Origin: an uncultured virus (IMG/VR IMGVR_UViG_3300042400_001066) | Lineage: Duplodnaviria; Heunggongvirae; Uroviricota; Caudoviricetes | Length of the DNA stretch: 20,000 nt | Direction: 5' to 3' (one strand) | IMG/VR virus record: IMGVR_UViG_3300042400_001066 | In this document: one piece after another, positions 15,931-20,000 of the stretch | How the letters are laid out: each line of letters starts with the position of its first letter | How positions within the stretch are numbered: position 1 is the first letter of the stretch | Notes under the pieces: model-generated | What the model was told of the DNA's origin: nothing | The model's input: only the letters and a program-made list of their open reading frames with translations | Database searches by the model: none | Position numbers and translations under genes: made by a program

Positions 15931-16119
15931 TTAAGATTTTTTAAATTTGCTATATATGTACCCTTTTTTTTCTGCTAATAGATCTTTAATCTTCCACTCC
16001 TCCGATATACTACAGAATAGTTTTTTACTCGTATGACTAGAAAATTTACAATACTCCTTTATAATAGCTTTTTTTTCTTGCTCTGTATAGGCAAATGGTT
16101 TGATTTTTCCTACTTTCAT
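15931..16119 (-). CDS. Basic hypothetical protein
   Basis: 62-aa Lys-rich ORF. Confidence 0.55.
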   Translation of the reverse strand: MKVGKIKPFAYTEQEKKAIIKEYCKFSSHTSKKLFCSISEEWKIKDLLAEKKGYIYSKFKKS

Positions 16120-16142
16120 TTAATTATTTATTCTTTTTGTGA

Positions 16143-16328
16143 TTAAATTTTTTCTATTGAAATAACTTGGTCGCTATTTAAGTCGTAATAGTTGCCGTCA
16201 AACTTGGGTCTAGGCAAGTCCGAATCTAAATATTTATCTAAGATTAATTCGACTTGGTTTGGAGTTTGGTTTGCAAAATAGTTTCCTTTTATGTGTGATT
16301 GAATACCTCCGATTGTTACATTGTACAT
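16143..16328 (-). CDS. Hypothetical protein
   Basis: 61-aa ORF on the coding strand. Confidence 0.6.
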   Translation of the reverse strand: MYNVTIGGIQSHIKGNYFANQTPNQVELILDKYLDSDLPRPKFDGNYYDLNSDQVISIEKI

Positions 16329-16334
16329 AATTAT

Positions 16335-16589
16335 TTATTTAGTGGCGTTATTAATTACTTTTTCAATTCTTACTGATAGCCAAAACGGCATATCGTTCCA
16401 GTTATCTTTTCTTTGATAGTATTCTTGTATTTCTTTTAATAGTTCTAATTTTTCATCTTCGGGAGGATTTTTATCTAAATAGTCTCTCAAATCTGCTTTT
16501 AAATTATACAATAATTCATCTTCATCTTTATCATCATAGGTAGATGATTGGTAAATATTAAATAGTTCACTATATTGTGTCTCTGTCAT
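16335..16589 (-). CDS. Acidic hypothetical protein
   Basis: 84-aa ORF with the shared leader motif. Confidence 0.65.
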   Translation of the reverse strand: MTETQYSELFNIYQSSTYDDKDEDELLYNLKADLRDYLDKNPPEDEKLELLKEIQEYYQRKDNWNDMPFWLSVRIEKVINNATK

Positions 16590-16615
16590 TTTTTATGATT
16601 TTAAATTGTTATAAA

Positions 16616-16771
16616 TTAGTTTAATTTGCCAAATATTTTCTTATAGATAGCATTCAAACTTGTTGCGGTATACGTTCTTGAATTCTTCTCGGCTATATAC
16701 GTTCCCTTCATTCCTAGAGTAAGATAATATCCGTGCTTTTTTAGTTTTTTTCTTATTGCTTGAATTCTCAT
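16616..16771 (-). CDS. Basic hypothetical protein (51 aa)
   Basis: Manually translated: MRIQAIRKKLKKHGYYLTLGMKGTYIAEKNSRTYTATSLNAIYKKIFGKLN. Confidence 0.6.
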   Translation of the reverse strand: MRIQAIRKKLKKHGYYLTLGMKGTYIAEKNSRTYTATSLNAIYKKIFGKLN

Positions 16772-16783
16772 TTGTTTAAATTT

Positions 16784-16972
16784 TTATTGGTTAACATTGC
16801 AAAAAAAGTCCTCCTCCACAAAACTTATAGCTTCATAATGAGCAAATATAACCTCGTCAGATATCTCGTGTGGATAGTCATATTGATATTTATGGTCTAT
16901 AACTTCATCATAGAAGTAATTCCATTTTAATTGGTCTAATTCGTTTTTGTTTAATTCTTTGACGTTTTTCAT
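16784..16972 (-). CDS. Conserved phage hypothetical protein
   Basis: VKELN..EL.QLK..Y...ISDE.IF.HY..I.FVEEDFFC pattern. Confidence 0.65.
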   Translation of the reverse strand: MKNVKELNKNELDQLKWNYFYDEVIDHKYQYDYPHEISDEVIFAHYEAISFVEEDFFCNVNQ

Positions 16973-17061
16973 TTTTTATGATTTTTAAAGATATTAATTA
17001 ATTTAAAATAATGGTGTAAAATTAGGGTTTATCTATTTAGTGAATTGTTAATAATTCTTAA

Positions 17062-17262
17062 TTATTTATTAATAAGTGTAAAAAAATCTAGTTCTTTGAA
17101 ATACAGAAATTCTCCGTGTTCGTCTGTCAAAGGAAATGAGCAGTCTATTATTGTACTCTGAACCATCAATCCCTCTTTGCCTTGTTGAATCTCATAGCCT
17201 GTATTCTGCCAATATACTTTAGTTCCTTCTGAAATAGCTTTTTTAATTTGTTCTAATGTCAT
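17062..17262 (-). CDS. Conserved phage hypothetical protein
   Basis: Start re-set to MTLEQIKKAISEGTKVYWQNTGYEI (ATG 17262) to remove the overlap with the upstream gene. Confidence 0.65.
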   Translation of the reverse strand: MTLEQIKKAISEGTKVYWQNTGYEIQQGKEGLMVQSTIIDCSFPLTDEHGEFLYFKELDFFTLINK

Positions 17263-17282
17263 AATTTTATTAATTTTATGGG

Positions 17283-17486
17283 TTAATCTTCCAATTGTTC
17301 GTTGTATGTAAATGTGTTCGGCTTCCCCTGTTCTATCCAATTTAGGATTTCCCCTTTATATGCAACTTCTATACAAGGAATACCCCCCTCTGTATGTAGT
17401 TGATATAAAGGTCTCCCCTCGTTGTCTCCCTGTGGCTCTATAGTTCCTGTCCACAGGTAAAAAAAGAATATTATTTTAGCTATCAT
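17283..17486 (-). CDS. Hypothetical protein
   Basis: 67-aa ORF with a short hydrophobic N-terminus. Confidence 0.6.
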   Translation of the reverse strand: MIAKIIFFFYLWTGTIEPQGDNEGRPLYQLHTEGGIPCIEVAYKGEILNWIEQGKPNTFTYNEQLED

Positions 17487-17504
17487 CTGTTTAATTTTAA
17501 TTGG

Positions 17505-17837
17505 TTAGTATGCTCTTGTTGGTAAATTTTGGTTTTGTTCGTATGAAAGGCTTTCCCATTCTCCCTCTTCGGGATTTGTTAAACTATGAAAATAGCGTTT
17601 CAATTCTTCTGCAATTTTTTCTAGCTTTAATTGCTTTTTTGAGGTAATTTCTTTCCCATATGCGTTTATTGTGTTATTCTCGCTTATAGCCCCCAGCATA
17701 CCCCCTCCTAGATAGTTCTGATAGGCTGACATTTTTTCGCCCTTGAAACCTAACGTAGTGAGGTCAATTTCAATTCCTCCGCCTCTTGACGAAAGTTCTT
17801 GTCTTAATGTAATTTCTTCAAAGTTAATTTTTTTCAT
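17505..17837 (-). CDS. Hypothetical protein
   Basis: 110 aa; contains a Gly-rich SAYQNYLGGGMLG motif. Confidence 0.7.
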   Translation of the reverse strand: MKKINFEEITLRQELSSRGGGIEIDLTTLGFKGEKMSAYQNYLGGGMLGAISENNTINAYGKEITSKKQLKLEKIAEELKRYFHSLTNPEEGEWESLSYEQNQNLPTRAY

Positions 17838-17879
17838 TTGTTTAAATTTTTATTGTTATTTTTTATAAGATATTTAGGT

Positions 17880-18122
17880 TTATTCCTCAATTTCAATCAA
17901 TTCTCCGTTTATCAATTTATACTGATAATCTTCTTTATCTGTCCATTCAGTATAGTATATGAATTCATCCTCGAATGCTTCTTCCATAGAAGAGTATCCC
18001 GCATCAGAGCAAATAGCTATAGCATCCTCTTCCTTTGATACATAATCTATTCCGTCATTGATTACCCATCCTTTATTCATCCCTTGATTAGTTACACTAC
18101 ATTTTCTTGCAAATTTTGTCAT
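17880..18122 (-). CDS. Conserved phage hypothetical protein
   Basis: ARKCSVT.QGMN.GWV..DG..Y...YYTEW pattern. It begins 23 nt after the predicted ribozyme cut. Confidence 0.7.
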   Translation of the reverse strand: MTKFARKCSVTNQGMNKGWVINDGIDYVSKEEDAIAICSDAGYSSMEEAFEDEFIYYTEWTDKEDYQYKLINGELIEIEE

Positions 18123-18139
18123 AATTTTTAATTTTAATT

Positions 18140-18189
18140 GGTTAAGACGCTTTGCAGCGTTTCGACTACTTAAGTCTCTTCAGTTAACC
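18140..18189 (-). ncRNA. Type I hammerhead ribozyme
   Basis: Minus strand: GGTTAA CTGAAGA GACT-TAAGT-AGTC GAAA CGCT-GCAA-AGCG TC TTAACC. The full catalytic core (CUGANGA, GAAA, UH) and three perfect stems are present. Predicted cleavage is after GUC (18146/18145). Confidence 0.92.
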
Positions 18190-18190
18190 T

Positions 18191-18358
18191 CTAGTGAATT
18201 ATCACTCCGTTAGGTGTATATTCAATCGTTTTACCCTGTGCCTCTAGAAGTCTGTAGTATTCTGACTTCTCCATAGTGTAGCCCTCTTTGATTGAATAGC
18301 CTACATTTTGAGGTAATTTTGCAACTTGTGTTTTTTGTGTGCTTCTTTGTGCGTTCAT
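18191..18358 (-). CDS. Small protein (55 aa) paralogous to the N-terminus of 14331..14909
   Basis: Manually translated: MNAQRSTQKTQVAKLPQNVGYSIKEGYTMEKSEYYRLLEAQGKTIEYTPNGVIIH. Confidence 0.75.
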   Translation of the reverse strand: MNAQRSTQKTQVAKLPQNVGYSIKEGYTMEKSEYYRLLEAQGKTIEYTPNGVIIH

Positions 18359-18383
18359 TTTTTGTGTTTTATTGGTTAGTTAA

Positions 18384-18689
18384 TTATTTAGATAAGATTC
18401 TATGTTCTGTAATATTTAGCCGTGTTCCTCCTTGACAAGCAACGTCAAATGAAGCATAACGGCTATCCGCTTCGTTAGATATTTTTATTGCTTTCACTAC
18501 ATTGGCATAGTTATATTTTAGCTCTAAATGAACACCTTTGCCTTCGTTTGCCTTTCTGTCGTATACCTCAATAGTGATAGGTATATAGCCGTCTCCTAGT
18601 TTTTCTATTCCGTTAAACAAGGCTTTTGCGTTTGTGTATACATTAGGTGATAAGCCGTCTTCCGATAATCTAATTGAATAAATTTTCAT
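18384..18689 (-). CDS. Hypothetical early protein
   Basis: 101-aa ORF on the coding strand. Confidence 0.65.
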   Translation of the reverse strand: MKIYSIRLSEDGLSPNVYTNAKALFNGIEKLGDGYIPITIEVYDRKANEGKGVHLELKYNYANVVKAIKISNEADSRYASFDVACQGGTRLNITEHRILSK

Positions 18690-18702
18690 TTTTTTTATGT
18701 TT

Positions 18703-19029
18703 TTATTTTGATGAAATTAAAAAATGTCTGTCAAATCGGTAGCCTAGAGTCTCCGCTATATCGTCACAAGCCTCCAGCCACAAAGACGTGTAATATACGG
18801 CTTTAGGACTATTTTGTACCTTTTTCCCTAAATACCATAGGTCTCTACTACCTCTATCAATTTGTTCTTGATAGCAAAGGTTCTTATACTTTTCCTCGCT
18901 TAGTTGCGCTTTGAGTTCTCTCAGTGTCTCGCAGTCTTGAAGTAGTAAATTGTAGACTACTTGCAAATGAGAATTTGTAGCTTTAATTTGTCCGCTTTTT
19001 AGCATCTGGAATTTTTGTGTCTTTGTCAT
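18703..19029 (-). CDS. Hypothetical protein, first gene after the early promoter
   Basis: 108-aa ORF with an A-rich leader. Confidence 0.65.
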   Translation of the reverse strand: MTKTQKFQMLKSGQIKATNSHLQVVYNLLLQDCETLRELKAQLSEEKYKNLCYQEQIDRGSRDLWYLGKKVQNSPKAVYYTSLWLEACDDIAETLGYRFDRHFLISSK

Positions 19030-19110
19030 TTTTTTACTTTTTTTAAGATTTGTTAATATTTGTTAATTTTATGTGTATTCTATATAATAGCTTCGCTACT
19101 AAATATGATG

Positions 19111-19140
19111 CAAAGATAGTACATATATAGAACTTGTCAA
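19111..19140 (-). promoter_or_regulatory. Consensus Bacteroidota sigma70 promoter (probable major early promoter)
   Basis: Minus strand TTGACAAGTTCTATATATGTACTATCTTTGCA, i.e. TTG-N19-TATCTTTG, pointing into the gene array. Confidence 0.8.
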
Positions 19141-19429
19141 GCCCCCTAGACGTTAAAGACTGTAAAAAGATATTAATAAATGTAAATTAAAAGATCACCC
19201 CTTTCTTAACACAATTTAACGAAACCCCTCATATAACATTCTAAATTAAATACCTCCGATTATCTTGTTAAACTTTGTTAAGAGTTTCAGAGAGACACGA
19301 TAGTTTTGCTATATCTAAGCTACTAGGATATTGATATGTAGATGGGCTTAAATGGGCGGATAGGAGGCTTAGGGTCTATAACCCAGCCTTTACCCTCACC
19401 AGCCAGAAAATAATCGCTTAGAACGCCTC

Positions 19430-20000
19430 TAATGAGATATTGTATAAATATATTCGGACAAATTTGTCTTTTTTTCCTACTGCTAACTGCACCCCTCCCG
19501 TTTTCCCGCCCCTACTTTGTCCCTCCCCCGCCCTTTTGGTCCTATTGGTCCCTACTCTATAAGGTCCTCGAGGTCCGCCCCTCCTTAGGACCTCCCCTGT
19601 TGGTCCCCCGCTACTTAGGTCCCCTATGTTTATGGCCCGCCCTACCCTCCAGCCCCTGTACTCTAGGCCCTATCATACCTCTAGGCCCATAGGCCCGTAG
19701 GCCCTACCCCTCTAGGCCCTGTATTAGTGAGGGGATATGTAGCCACCCCCTATATATATATTATTCTATTAGAACTCCCCTCCCCCCTCCGCCCTATGTA
19801 TATACCCCGCCCTATATATACCCGCCTATGGATATTCTGTATACTAGTAGATAGACAGACAGACGAACTAGACAGACAGACAGGCGAGACAGACTAGACC
19901 TCCCCCGAGCAGAGCAGAGCAGAGCGGGGAGCAGAACTCCCCCTAGCCACAACGCCCACGCCCTAGAGAGTTCCCCCGAAACTATTCTTCGCTAATGGAA
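19430..20000. repeat. GC-rich, C-skewed low-complexity non-coding region (probable genome terminus or terminal repeat)
   Basis: C-runs, 13 GGNCC sites, (TAGGCCC)n, (AGAC)n at about 19853-19899, (GAGCA)n at about 19907-19925, and agaactcccc twice (19771, 19934). No credible ORF. Confidence 0.7.

Noticed and set aside
313..18038. Plus-strand ORFs in the track (313, 1317, 3930, 4619, 7584, 7957, 9204, 10294, 12167, 13639, 13784, 14593, 15158, 17838)
   Set aside because: All are antisense shadows of well-supported minus-strand genes, with Phe/Ser/Ile/Leu-rich composition and no motifs.
1..19029. Stop-codon reassignment (TAG or TGA) as in some crAss-like phages
   Set aside because: Long genes are intact in the standard code, and TAG (13111, 14331, 18191) and TGA (1022, 6914, 12091) end genes at sensible boundaries.
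19432..19692. 86-aa Pro/Leu-rich plus-strand ORF
   Set aside because: It is a by-product of the C-rich repeats; its composition is unlike any other gene here.

Overview
This is an AT-rich segment of a lytic dsDNA tailed phage, very probably infecting Bacteroidota (Flavobacteriia-like). The host inference rests on TTG-N19-TAnnTTTG promoters, A-rich leaders without Shine-Dalgarno sequences, and a Q-rule signal peptide. Essentially all real genes lie on the minus strand and read from right to left. A non-coding, GC-rich, low-complexity probable genome-end region (about 19140-20000) precedes a strong host-type promoter (19111-19140). Next come about 40 small early or accessory genes, including a candidate SAM lyase, a tandem paralog array and genes that share modules. 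These are followed by a DenV-like glycosylase, an SLT transglycosylase and an SF2 helicase, and then a replication block (PD-(D/E)XK exonuclease, PolA, HNH nuclease, wHTH-like protein, DnaB-like helicase truncated at the left edge). Non-coding highlights not shown by the ORF track are a complete type I hammerhead ribozyme (18140-18189), a tRNA-Leu-like RNA with a non-canonical anticodon arm (5318-5413), an attC-like hairpin plus cassette with complementary core sites whose ORF starts inside the hairpin (4469-4703), 10-bp-phased TGTTAA boxes around the early promoter, and a dense GGNCC/G-quadruplex-type cluster at the right end. All calls come from reading the sequence by eye; no database searches were run.
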